A DNA stretch of 63,729 nucleotides, counting the filler, from Collodictyon triciliatum (Eukaryota), in assembly GCA_043381765.1 (NCBI GenBank). It is 4 parts of 4 records of this genome, joined end to end, with 100 filler letters (N's around TTAATTAATTAA, not from the genome) between each part and the next. Parts side by side here need not be neighbours in the genome. Positions count along the whole stretch, not along the records: positions 36,204 to 54,155 come from JBHJMP010001414.1; positions 54,256 to 63,729 come from JBHJMP010001478.1; 2 more parts are not named here. One strand, written 5' to 3'. The position numbers and the translations under genes were made by a program. This document shows, piece after piece, positions 40,299-63,729 of this stretch. Each line of letters opens with the position of its first letter. Position 1 is the first letter of the stretch. The notes under the pieces were generated by a model that ran no database searches, was not told the origin of the DNA, and saw only the letters and a program-made list of their open reading frames with translations.

Positions 40299-43200
40299 TT
40301 AAAAAAAAATTCGCTGGAAAAGAGGCTCACGCATTATATTTGTCGGACTCATATTGGGTGTCCTTGTCGTCGAGTCCTCCAAACTCTCAAGTGGCGCAGT
40401 GTCACGGGTTTCATCACTTTCACTATCGCTGTCGGAGTCGCTGCTTTCCAGGTGTAACTCCACCAAAAGGTTACGAACTGCTTCCTTGTATTGACTATTG
40501 TAGGGACTCATCCGACCTTGTTTACCTTGCAAAGTTGTGGCCTTAACTTTTATCTTCTTTACCAATATCTAGATGTATGAAAGGAGTTTTTATTTCAGGG
40601 AAGGAAAACAAGATTAAAGATTATTCATTATGCCAGAGCTTGTGAGGAATATTCTTCCTTTGGTTTTTGTGTGAGGTGGTGAGTTTTAGCCTTGGCCCGT
40701 GAGCATGAGAGATAACGTTTCTGTTAGAATAACTTACGGGTAAATCCGACTTTAGTTTCCAAACAAATTCCTGTTCGTATTTGCATATTAAAAAATAATA
40801 TGATTACATTTCCCTTTGTAAAAATAATGCATATGATGTTGCAATCGTGACTCACATCCTCATTCGTAACCTCGTTCTTGCGTCGCTTTCGAACTGCGAT
40901 GGATGCTACTTGGTTGGATATTGTCCTGAGTGGCAGGTGAGAATGCCTAGCGAACAAAACTCAAGTTAAAACAAGACATTTAGAAATTCAGACTCTCATA
41001 TTAGCGAGAGGGGGTTGCGCCATTACTTTTCTTTAAACCCACGGACTATGTCTTTAATGCTCACATTCTGCCCCAGAACATACTAGTCAAATTTATTCAA
41101 AAGGTAAATACGAGCAAACATGTAGATGGTTAAACCATGATAAATCACAAACTCTTGATCATATAAATTCCGTACGATAAAAAAAAAAACGATAGAAAGA
41201 GTTGCGCAGAAAAGAAAAAGCGAATAATAACATTTCAGGTGGGCAGAAATATGTTATCGTCCAAAAGATGAGTATTGGCTCACCTTCTTTAACTCATCTA
41301 TCTCAATCTCTGTAAATCCAACTTCCGGCTTCTTCTTTAGCTGTGGGTTACCCTTAAACTCTATCATGCACGAACTGGTTAATACTAGGTCAAATTTATC
41401 AAAATAGAAAGGGCTACTTATTCATGGCATAGAATGGGATATTGCTACCTTGACTCTCCATTTCGATGGTGTGCAGTATTTCGATGGGGCAAGCTCGGCG
41501 CACTTTAATCAGACTTATGAGACCTCAAAACTAGAGTATCGGTATAAAAAAAAATGCAGATCATTTGACAACTTTCTTACTTTCAGATACGATTGTTGAC
41601 ATCGGCTCAGGCCCTGCACAATTATATGGACCAATTATGATAGGGCCGTAAGAAGCTACTTTTGATTCGACTGGAATCTGGATTGACTTTAAAATTGATA
41701 ACTCGATCAATCGAAAAAAAAATGATTACCTCCATACGATTGAGAAGGTAAGTTACAAACGGAAATAGAAATTATAAATCTAATTGGGCTATAGATGGTT
41801 CATTTCATAGTATAAAAAGATACCTGAAGATTGATAGGCATTTTATTATCTATGCGACAGTTAGTTTTAAAAAAATTATGTTGACCTAGGCGTGATGCGG
41901 ATAATGCATTTTGTTTATATATTTATCATATTTTGGGGTGACATACCAGAATCAGCTTCTATATCATTATCAGAACGATTCCCTTCATCAGCCGAAAGAT
42001 ACCCATCAGGTACCACAAAATCATCCTGCCATGAAATGGGAAAACATTTATTGATGACATAGACAACGCTCGTTTCCATTTGGAATGCATAATGAAGATA
42101 AAGCAGATAATGATTCAAACCTCTTCGCTCTCAGCTTCATCTGGCTCGTCCTCTTCGTCGCTTTCATGGATGTTCTCAATTTCTCCTTCATCAATTAAAT
42201 TTTCCCACTCTTCGTCGCTATCACACTCGTAATCTATGCTATCTGGCTCTTTGGCGAAGGGTCGACGAGCGGTAACTATCCTACTCGTTTTTCTCCAGGT
42301 TCCTGTGATGGAAAAAAACGTCTTAAAGATAATTGCAACACTACTTTAGTCGTTGTTGTAAATGCGAATGAAACATGTATCTTCGGTAGATAACAAAACA
42401 AAAAACTATACAAAGAATTATTATTAAAAAAAAAAGTCCAGTAAAAGATGATTTTTTTTCCCTTTATTCGATTCAAAGTGTAGCGGGGTTATGCCATACA
42501 AAGGGGCGGGGCGGTAAAAGATGAATAACATCACATAGTTACAATTAAATCCCAAGGTATTGAATCGTGTGTTTGGTAAATTGGTAAGATAGCAAACCAT
42601 AGTATGCTGGTCGTTTATTTTCATGAAAACTGAACAGCTTCAGGAGGCACATAGAACCTTCATGAGGAACTTTTCTTTTCGATGACTTTATGTGTGATAA
42701 TTTGAATCCCTTGAGTACTGTGTCCCAGGAAGGAGCTGGTCGATATTTTAAATAGTTTTTTGAATTAGTCTATGTCATCGGTGAAAAAAAATATTGAATC
42801 ATTATGGAAAATAAAGTCCATCATTAAGAAATTGTGCACGTAGAGCACTGCAATGACAGCATCATGCAACTTCCAGGATTTTGGTCATATGAATAAATAA
42901 TGGAACCTTGGAGTTGTCCGCTCAAGGCGAGGTCGATGCAACCAACCTGTACAACCTCAATCTTCTCTGGTATCGTATTTTCAAATACTTTGGTTTCTGT
43001 ATGTAAATGAGAATTCAACACTACATAATCTTTGGCAACTCATGGAGAATTATTTTCAACTCAGAAAGTGTGTTCCGTCCATTAAATAATAAAGCTTACC
43101 TCACCAATTTTTTAAATTCAATTGTTATATTCTTTGATTTTGTAAATAATACCAAAAAACAAAAACAAAAACAAAAACAAAAACAAAAAACAGCTATGAT

Positions 43201-44815
43201 AATTATAAGATATACCTGTTTTAGGCGATGGGGAGAAGTATTTGGTAATTATATTCTTCGGTGCTTCGGGTGTAGGTTTGGCCAGCTTGGAATTATCCTT
43301 AGATTTGGATGGCTGTGTATGTAACCACACATTTGTTAATTGTTCTCCAGACACTGATCAACTACCACTGAATTCCAAAGGTATGGAAATACGTATAATT
43401 GGGTGCTTACTGTTGTTTTCAGCTCGATTGGTGGGGACATATTTTCGTATTCTACTGCATTCACTTTTCTTAAATGCTAGTATATATCGTTGTAAAATAA
43501 ATGAAAAGCGTGAATTTCCTACGAATTTGATTCGACATTATAGGAGATTATAAATACTAATAGTCAATTCATATTTTAGAGTCCATAAAGATGGCGGAAT
43601 CTAACACACTTCTTCTGTTACAGGTACTGCAACTTGTTCTTCATCCTTTCCAGGCATTTGTCCTTTCTTTGCATATTCTTCAATTAGAACCTCCAGGTTT
43701 TTATCCTTTTCCAGTCGCCAGAGCTCCTTCAAATTTGAATAGAGTAGATTGATCGATTTTAGATTTTTCCATAAGTTGAGCCAAGAAGCTAGCAGATGAA
43801 AATGAAGGTCTCCATGTTATATATAATTTTAAGAAGGCTGGTGAGTGGCACATAAGGTTCGTGATCAACTTGATTCACGTAAAGAAATGCATGTATCCCT
43901 CTTCTTTTTTTCTTTTATCTTTACCTCGAGAAGGGCCGTTTTTATTTTAAGTTTCATTTCTATCTCTTGAAGCTTTTGTTCATTTATTTCTATCATTTTT
44001 TGTGATTCTTCCGGTGTTCTGAATGGTTCTTGAGCCTTGCCCTCAACCTTGAAAAGACAATATGGGAATAAATAATATTCAATGCGTCAACGCATCATGT
44101 AATGTACATGCATACTTATAAAAAGAGAGAAGACTTGATATTTGAACAGAGAAATCAAAAAATGAAGGAATTAAAGTAGGAATGGCGAGTAAAAAAGAAA
44201 AGAAAAGGAATGTAGCAAAGTACTATTTTTTTCTTTCTCTGCTTTTTCACGACTGATTTATGAACTGGCTCCACGGCGCATGTCGAACTTTCCGACTTAA
44301 TTGACTGCTTGGTTAGTTTGTTTGGTTGTATTTAATGAACTATAAAGATTTACATGAAAACCGCACAAGCGAAGGGAATCGAAGGGAATAAGTGTCTTAT
44401 TTCAACATTTATCACACGCTTCATAGTTTCACTATGCTCTTTTTGTTTTCTGTCTTACGACATATTGTTGGCTTTTCTGCAGATAGATTGCTGCAATACA
44501 CACCTGGACAAATTCTTGTCGATTCGTCTCTGTGCTTGCAGCAGGCTCGTTGCCCGTTTCATCTTCATTGTTTTTCAAGGAACCAAACAGCTGTCGTGCG
44601 GTACCCAAAACAAGCAACGCTGGGTCCTTGTCGAGTTTGGACTCGCCCGCTGAAAAGGAAACCCGGTCTTGAGTCGCTCTTTCTATCGTGACATCTGTCT
44701 TTGAGTCTATGGCTAGCTCGATAGTCGCAGAATTGCTCGTGATAGAATCATCAACGACGTGGCTGTTCGGCTCGGTGTTTTGTGATACAATTGGCGGTAG
44801 TGGGATTTGATCCAT
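40299..44815 (-). CDS. CHAF1A: Chromatin assembly factor 1 large subunit (p150/Cac1/FAS1); multi-exon
   Basis: KLFSFHENKRPAYYG/TWRKTSRIVTARRPFAKEPDSIDYECDSDEEWE, an acidic stretch, and DDFVVPDGYLSADEG are diagnostic CAF1A motifs. A PIP-like NIITKYF occurs upstream. The termini and several internal exons are tentative. Confidence 0.88.
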
Positions 44816-44896
44816 CGATCTTTGTCTGTTTCGAAGACGACGTTGTTTCCTTTGTGATGATAATACTAACACATGGTAAAAAAACTTGAGCAGCGT

Positions 44897-45035
44897 TCTT
44901 TTTTCTTTTTTCTTTTTTCTTTTTTCTTTTTTCTTTTTTCTTTTTTCTTTTTTCTTTTTTCTTTTTTCTTTTTTCTTTTTTCTTTTTTCTTTTTTTCGTT
45001 TTTCTTTTTTTCGTTTTTCTTTTTTTCGTTTTTCT
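44897..45035. repeat. (TTTTTTC)n heptamer-based repeat upstream of the CHAF1A start
   Basis: Direct reading. Confidence 0.9.
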
Positions 45036-45663
45036 GTTGTTCTTGAATCTTTTTTCAAACTGAGTGCCAATCTTCATCGGCTCTTGAAACTTCGCCTAGG
45101 GACTGTGGTTGCGCCCTGCCTTCCACATGAATCCAACTACCACCGACCTTCTTTGTGACGTGACAAAGAAGAAAAAAATGATCGATCCGTTGCGCGACAG
45201 TCGCTTTGAACCACTGTTTGAATTTTCGTATTTTTAAATTTAAAATTATATGTGGAAAATAAATATATATCGCTTCTTTGATTGCCCAGCTTCGTGAATC
45301 AACCGGCAAGTCGTCTAAAATGGTACAGGGTGTGTAAAGTTCCGAGGATTTATATTTTAACACACTTTACGAAAATGCATGAAAACTGTGTAGGCTTTTG
45401 CACATTCACCGAGGAGGTGTGGCAACTTTTGTCTAACGAGCGGTTGGTATGTGTGCTCTCTTTCCACCGCATCAGTTGTGGTCGCGCGAGACCCATGTTC
45501 CCTTCTTAACCTCCGAACTAAAATCCAGAACAATAATAAAGAGAACAACAAAGGAAAAGGGGCTTCTAGGCTCTTTGGATAGCAGTCTCCTTTATTGACC
45601 TGCTATGCGCCACTCGAGCACAAGCGGGCTGGGAATTGCCAAGTATTGGTTGACTTGGTCTGT

Positions 45664-48237
<2,574 letters not shown>

Positions 48238-48661
48238 TATCGTTCCTTCGGTTGGTGGCTGTTAGGTATGTCCTCAGTCAGGAGGGAGTGGGATTCAGCG
48301 GGCCTTTGTGTGTTGTTTGTTGGCGCGGTTGGCCGCATGTGATTCACGGGAAGGAGTGACGTGCGAGCAGACAGTCAGGTTCGTTTGCGTTCGCGTGTAT
48401 TTTTCCAACTCGAGGAAGAAATAATGACACATATAGGAAAAAACCTGCACTACTCTTGTAGTTGCTCCGAAACATCTTCAACTTTGCTACATTTGTGAAG
48501 AATCAACGAATTTCCAAGGTACGTCCCATATTCAACAGAGAAAAAATTGTCGGAATAGTATTATCTTATGGAAGTATTTTCCGCGATACACTTGCGCTAA
48601 ATGAAGCAATATAAATAAATAAGAATAAATAATGTCATTTATTTTTTAGCCCTGCGAGGAA

Positions 48662-48680
48662 GCTTCCATGGCGCAACCGG

Positions 48681-48717
<37 letters not shown>

Positions 48718-48734
48718 GAGCCCACCTGGGAGCG
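48662..48734 (+). tRNA. tRNA-Asn (anticodon GTT), intronless, 73 nt
   Basis: Acceptor stem GCTTCCA/TGGGAGC. D arm GCGC...GCGC. Anticodon arm TTCGG-CTGTTAA-CCGAA. T arm GGTGG-TTCGAGC-CCACC. Confidence 0.97.
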
Positions 48735-48740
48735 GAAATA

Positions 48741-48745
48741 TTTTT
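48741..48745 (+). terminator. Probable RNA polymerase III terminator (oligo-dT) of tRNA-Asn
   Basis: TTTTT 7 nt after the discriminator base, with a second T run just downstream. Confidence 0.6.
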
Positions 48746-48843
48746 CGATATTTTTACAAGTTGCATCAATCCCTCATAAAACAGTATGCGATGAAATCAC
48801 AGGCAAACACACAACACACACTTTGTTCTTTTTCGTTGCCGAG

Positions 48844-51800
48844 ATGAGTCTTCGTGACACTCAAAACGTAAACGTGGTTGGGGCGAGTCTCTATGAAAGG
48901 TACGATCGTCTTGGTTCCTCATTCCCACTCTCTAGCACCGTTTTCGTTCTTTAAATAATTTTTTTTTTAATTTTTCCTTTACTTTTCAGTGCTCTAGAAA
49001 CAATGTTTTAGTAGTTATCTCTGCCTTAATATTCCAGGATCAATAACAGCAAAGTTCTTGTCGTCGGAGCGGGCGGGATAGGTTGTGAGCTTCTGAAAAA
49101 CCTTGTGCTTTCTGGGTTTCGCAACATACATGTGGTTGGGTTCTCTTTCTCCTTCTCTTTCTTTCTATTTGCTCCACATTTCCTAGCATGACAGTATATA
49201 TTTTGCATTCAACCGCTGATTCCCGATTATCTGTTATAAGAAAACCAATGTTGACTAAACAACACTGTTTTCATATCCAATTACATTATATCAATTATTG
49301 TATGCACGATGAATGATATTCTGAACCCAGCGTATGGAATTAAATGAAGGTCGATTTGGATACCATCGACGTGAGCAACCTCAACCGTCAATTCCTTTTT
49401 CGAAAGCACCATGTCAGCCAGTCGAAGGCCAAGGTTGCGCATGAGCAAGTCCTTCGGTTCAACCCGGCAGCTCACATCACATCCTATCACGACAATATCA
49501 AAAGTGGGCAATTCGGCCCTGATTTCGTGCAAGAGTTTGATTTGGTCATGAATGCTCTTGACAATATCGGTAACAACTTTTCAATCTTAACCAATGTATT
49601 TGTCTTGTTTTTTCATTATACCATGAGGGTATTTCCTAATCGTAACTTTAATCGGAAGTTTCCTATTTCTTTCCTCAATATTTATTTATTTATTTATTTA
49701 TTTTGTTTGCTCAAGATGCTCGGAGACATGTGAATCGCATATGCTTAGCTACCGATGTTCCTTTGATAGAGAGTGGGACAGCTGGATTCTTGGGACAAGT
49801 TCAAGTCATTCGAAAGGTGGTGCTCATGCCATCTATAGTTACATATGAAAACGAATCAAAAACTACCGCACACATCCTCATACACCTTGTGATGAATATG
49901 TCTGTAATTAAACTGATTGAAAAGTATTTTTCTTGTTCCTTGTAGGGCGTGACAGAGTGCTTTGAATGCCATCCAAAACCAACTCCAAAAACGTTTCCTG
50001 TGTGTACAATTCGATCCAATCCGAGGTGAAAAAATATCTGAAGTTTTAGTTGATAGTTGACTATGTTCTCTTGTTTGATTTTTTTTTATTAGACGATGTG
50101 TTTTATTATAATATGGATTATTACAATAGTGCTCCGATTCATTGCATCGTTTGGGGCAAAATGCTCTTCGGGTTTGTTTGCCATTATGTAAATGACATTT
50201 ATTGTGTTGTTTTCATAATGTGATTGAGGGTAAATTCTTTTGTTACTATATTTCGTACAAACGGAGTTAAAGTCCCCTTGTTAATATACACAATAATCTC
50301 TCATAATAGCCGATTATTTGGAAAAAAGGATGACTCAAACGCTGTCACGTCTATGGAAGACAGACTTTCATTCAAAGACACATCCGAATTTGCCGACCAA
50401 GTATTCGAAAAGGTTGGTGGTTTATTTATTTTGAAACTATATATTGGTTGTTTTGAAAGTTTGCAAAATTCTATTACTATTATTATTATTATTTATTTTA
50501 TTTTATTTTATTTTATTTTATTTTATTTTATTTTATTTTATTTTATTTTATTTTATTTTATTTTATTTTATTTTATTTTATTTTATTTTTTTAGGCTTCT
50601 AGAACATTTTATGAAAAAAAGTGAGATGTCTTACATAGTCAATGATGTAGGTATTTGTTCGTGATATTGTAGACCTCGCAAATCTAACAGACTTATGGCG
50701 GTCAAGACTCCCACCGGCGCCACTGTCGCAAGAGGCTTTACTTCAGCAGGTTCATGAATATCTGTTTCTAATTGTCTGATATGTTTTTGATTGATTAGGA
50801 ATTTTTATTCGAGGAAATATTGCACGTACAAGTCTCCTTATCTGAAACAAGCATATAAAAAACCTCTGATAATCTTTATACTAGACTAAATCTCCCAATC
50901 AAAACGCCGTCGCTATCAAAGACCAATTAATTTGGTCACCAGCCGATAATCTCATTCGATTCAAAGAAAGGTAAACAGCTGAAATATGGCGGAATAAATG
51001 ACAATGTGGTTTGATTTTTCGGTGAAATTGTAATCATATAATGCGTATGACAGCATTCAGAAGCTCTGCGTTCGGCTAGGAGATGATGACGAAAACTGTA
51101 TGGATTTTGAAAAAGATGACGAGGATTGGTAAGTCTATGGTCACAAACAATAACAAAATAAAAAGCGAAAGAATGTCGTAATCGATTTCCTTTCCTTTCT
51201 TCTCTTCTCTTCTATTCCATTTTCCCCATATTTTGAGCAATTTATTTTTGAAAAATAAAAAAATAAAAACATCAAGCATGAACTAATATAAAAAAAGTCT
51301 CGATTTTGTCACAGCCGCTTCAAATTTGAGGTCGATTATTTTTAACATATCCACTCAAAGCCGTTTTGATGTCAAAGGTTAAGTATATTCGATACATATA
51401 TGCATTTATTTTCAAAACACTGTATTTATATCTGAAAATTACTTCCTTTGGAATTCCGTAAGGGCAATTTCACGAAACGTATATTTTAAAACTTTCCTCT
51501 TACACATAGCCATGGCTGGAAATATTATCCCGGCTATTGCCACCACAAATGCTATTGTCGCAGGAATGATAGTGATAGAAGGTCTTAATATGATCTAATG
51601 ACTGTATATGTTTGTCTTAAAATAAGTTTGTTGAAAAGCTAAGTTCTGGATTACGTTGCAGCCTTCAAGCTCTTATCTGGAAAATTCGGAGATTGCAAGG
51701 ACATATCCAAGAGCTTCTTTTTTTTTTTCTTCTTCTTCTTCTTCTTCTCAGAACAAAAATCCTTCATTTCTGTAAAAGAAGCTGATTCAGTACCTCTTTT

Positions 51801-53300
51801 CCTTTTCATAACTTAAACGGAGCTCAATTTCGAGGGGGATTCAAGCCATAGAAGTCTATATGAATATGATACTCTCATCCTATCAAACGCAATTTGTATC
51901 TTAGCATAACCCCTTGACCACAATGCACACCTATTTGATGAAAATGCCATCGAGAAAACGGTTGTTTAACAGTGTCAACCCTAGCAAGCCAAACCCAAAA
52001 TGCTATGTTTGCTGTGGAAGTTGGCAAACATTGAGAATTAACACGCAGGAGACTACATTTGCTGACTTTATCACACGAGTAAGCAAACACATGCCCTATA
52101 CACGTTCATAATTTATTTCAAAGAACAGTCCTTCTGAATAAGCAAAATATATATATATATATATAAATTGATAGGTTGTGAAGGAGGGTCTTGGGATATC
52201 CGCTCCAATCATATCCGTGCAAAAGTATGACCGTAATATTGGTTTGGCAGAGGATGTCTCCCTCTTTTCTTTTTTTTTTTTTTTATTATGTCTATTATTT
52301 CAATAACATAACAAAAGATTAAGCATATGTATTGTCTGTTATGCCCCATTTTAGTTTCATCTATGAGGATGGAGATGAGAGAATGGATGGTAAGTGTCCT
52401 AATCTTATTATTATTTTTTAAATGAAATACGTGAATAAAAGTATATCAATTTCAGCAGTTTCATATTAGCATAAAACATAAAATAGTAATCATGACATGC
52501 ATCAACGTGTCCCTATCTTAGATTTGTAAGTTTTTCTGGTGAGCTAAATCTCTTAATTAGGACAACTTGCGAAGAAACTATGCGAAATTCCCATCGTCCA
52601 TAATACTGTGGTTCATATCGAAGATTTTGACAGTGACCTTCGTTTGGAATTGACTGTTCTGCACAGGTTGGGTCACTTGTTTAATTCACGTGCATATTAG
52701 ACTGCTACATGTTATACCTCTAATCTAGATGCGCATTAAGTTTGCTATTGATGGATGCATGTGATTTTTAATTGAAGGATACTGTTTTATAGTGATGTGG
52801 TCAAGAGCGATAACGGGTACATCATCGAAGGAGCAAGCTCAACAACCGCTAGCTCCGCGCCATCAAAGTGAGTTCTAAAAGGAAAGCCTCAATTTGAATA
52901 TAATCTCAATAAATATTCGACAGTCGCAAATATCTTTCGGGAAATGAAAGAAAAAGCGGGAAAACATCAACATGACCTATCTATCCCGTACATATTTAAT
53001 CCACTTTGTTTTGGGTCAAGCAGTTCTGGTGCTCCGGCGGCAGTGTCCAGAGAGCAAAACGTGGCTGCGAATGACGACTCTGATGGTGATGATGATGACG
53101 ATGACAGCGACTTGGAAGAAATTACTGGTGATGAACCAAAGTCCTCTCTCGTGCAAAGCGGAGCCGATATTTTTGAAATCGATGATAGCGACGAGGAGAA
53201 AGACACGGAGGCCATCCGCGAATCTGACAGGAAGCGGAGTTTCGAGCCAGCCGACCAAGAATCCGAGCAAACAAAACGCAGCCGCACAGGAGACAAATAA
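48844..53300 (+). CDS. UBA2: SUMO-activating enzyme subunit 2 (UBA2/SAE2); about 16 exons, including one AT-AC intron
   Basis: [86 protein letters not shown] (catalytic Cys), [23 protein letters not shown], and an acidic/basic tail. Confidence 0.97.
50492..50590. repeat. (TTTTA)n microsatellite, intronic
   Basis: Direct reading. Confidence 0.95.
51703..51928 (+). other. U12-type (minor spliceosome) AT-AC intron in UBA2
   Basis: 5' end ATATCCAAG. Branch site CCCCTTGAC at 51910-51918. 3' end TGCAC. Removal restores [19 protein letters not shown] in frame. Confidence 0.85.
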
Positions 53301-53933
53301 AAGCAACGCCACCTACCAGAAATCTGCTGTCGCGCTTATGTCCAATCTCACCGACCTGCCGCTCTGCATCGCCGACGAAAGACAAGGAATTATATTTTCC
53401 ACAATAACAAAATTCCACTGAATCCTCTCGTGGTCGTCCCCTTTTTTAGAATTTTTTTTTATATCTTGATCGCAATATTCCCACAAAATTGCTTTGATAG
53501 AAAAAGACAAAACAAGAGCGGGATCGCTTTGTGCTTTTGTTCATTGCGCTTGCGCGTAGAACACCGCAGGAAAGCAGGATTTCTAACTTTAAAAAACGGG
53601 AAGGAGGGAAATCAGACAGCCAACGAAAGAAGAGCAAGAACAGGAAATAATAATAGTAATTGTAATTATGAAAGACAAAAACCACAACACGTAGACGCCC
53701 GCGTTATATTAGCACGCCCCACACGGCTCCCAATTAATAACACTATAGCTTGTTGGCGCTGTATTTTCCAGGCCACACGCAAAGGCCCACGGTATCCTAG
53801 AACTTGTCCAGTGTGCGGTGTGGGCCTGCAGGGTGAATGCCTTCGTACTGGCAAAACTCAAACACGCTTCCCTATAATCGTAGGCACAGCCCGGACAACA
53901 AGCATCGCCACCAAAAGCGCCGTCTCTCTCGCA

Positions 53934-63060
<9,127 letters not shown>

Positions 63061-63093
63061 AAGGTAAAGAAAAAACATTGCGAATTTTTTGTA

Positions 63094-63729
63094 ATAATCA
63101 TAATCATAATCATAATCATAATCATAATCATAATAAAATAATGGTAATCATCGGCAGAGATATCCGGGTCTGTTCCAGCGAGCAAAATCGATTATTACCC
63201 CGGTTACTCCATCAAAAGAAAAAGAATAAAAGAGGACCGAAAGAGACTAAAGTTGAGCTATATTGTTGCTGAATAAGAGTAAGATGAATGATGTCGTTTT
63301 GCTTCATTGGTCTTGGACTTGTTTCTTTTCAGAGTCGATATTCTGAGAAAGGGAATCAGTTTGATGACTTCAATTCCTTGCTTTAGATGGACCTTTCCCG
63401 TTATTCCTTATGCGCCTCTCATTCCTTTCTCTCTTTGCCAGTTCTTTCCACATATCTCTTCTCACAGGGTCTGAGTGGTAGAGGACGTTCAGGTGGCGAA
63501 GAAAGCTGTTGAGGAAAGATATTTGTGTGATGTCATCCAGCCTGTTATCAGGAATGGGTGGCTGGTTGTTGAGTCTTGCTTTGCGTGAGTATATGCGTGC
63601 TATCCACATAGTCCATAGCAAATGGCCTCGCGTCACTGCCCAGAATGTTTTTCTATCTGGACGCAGCTGTTGAAGAGGCCCAAATATCGCCTGGATTGGG
63701 CCAACAGCCGCAGCCGTCTTGAGTGTCAG
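63094..63729 (-). mobile_element. Probable 3' end of a non-LTR (L1/Tx1-like) retrotransposon: ORF2 C-terminus (stop at 63370), 3' UTR and (ATTATG)n tail
   Basis: An intronless frame is open from the window edge: ...QAIFGPLQQLRPDRKTFWAVTRGHLLWTMWIARIYSRK... The LWxxWxxR segment resembles the region after the zinc knuckle in L1-clade ORF2. A short tandem-repeat tail lies at 63094-63133. No RT domain is visible inside the window. Confidence 0.45.

Overview
Intron-rich eukaryotic nuclear DNA in the standard genetic code. The organism is probably a flagellated, aerobic protist: it has the central-pair gene SPAG17/PF6 plus complex I NDUFS4 and ETF-beta. The assembly is a draft, with one N gap and three artificial N-TTAATTAATTAA-N linkers. 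Hand-splicing gives 11 protein-coding genes: EIF2B2 (partial), a 9-exon Type IIG restriction-modification-like N6-adenine DNA methyltransferase, NDUFS4, LENG8/THP3, SPAG17 (5' part missing), a CBM20-TPS-TPP fusion, ETFB, CHAF1A, a RING-B-box-coiled-coil-NHL (TRIM-NHL-like) gene, UBA2, and a chimeric NLR/STAND-like gene (DUF4062-like, P-loop, TPR, pentapeptide, WD40, SEL1-like). There is also a tRNA-Asn(GTT), the probable 3' end of a LINE and many microsatellites. Most notable are (1) the intronised, intact bacterial-type Type IIG methyltransferase with a target-recognition domain, (2) the NLR-like gene with one-TPR-per-exon phase-2 cassettes fused to an intronless pentapeptide-WD40-SEL1 exon, and (3) a U12-type AT-AC intron in UBA2 with a variant 5' splice site. 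All family assignments come from motif recognition by eye, not database searches, and exon boundaries are manual predictions.
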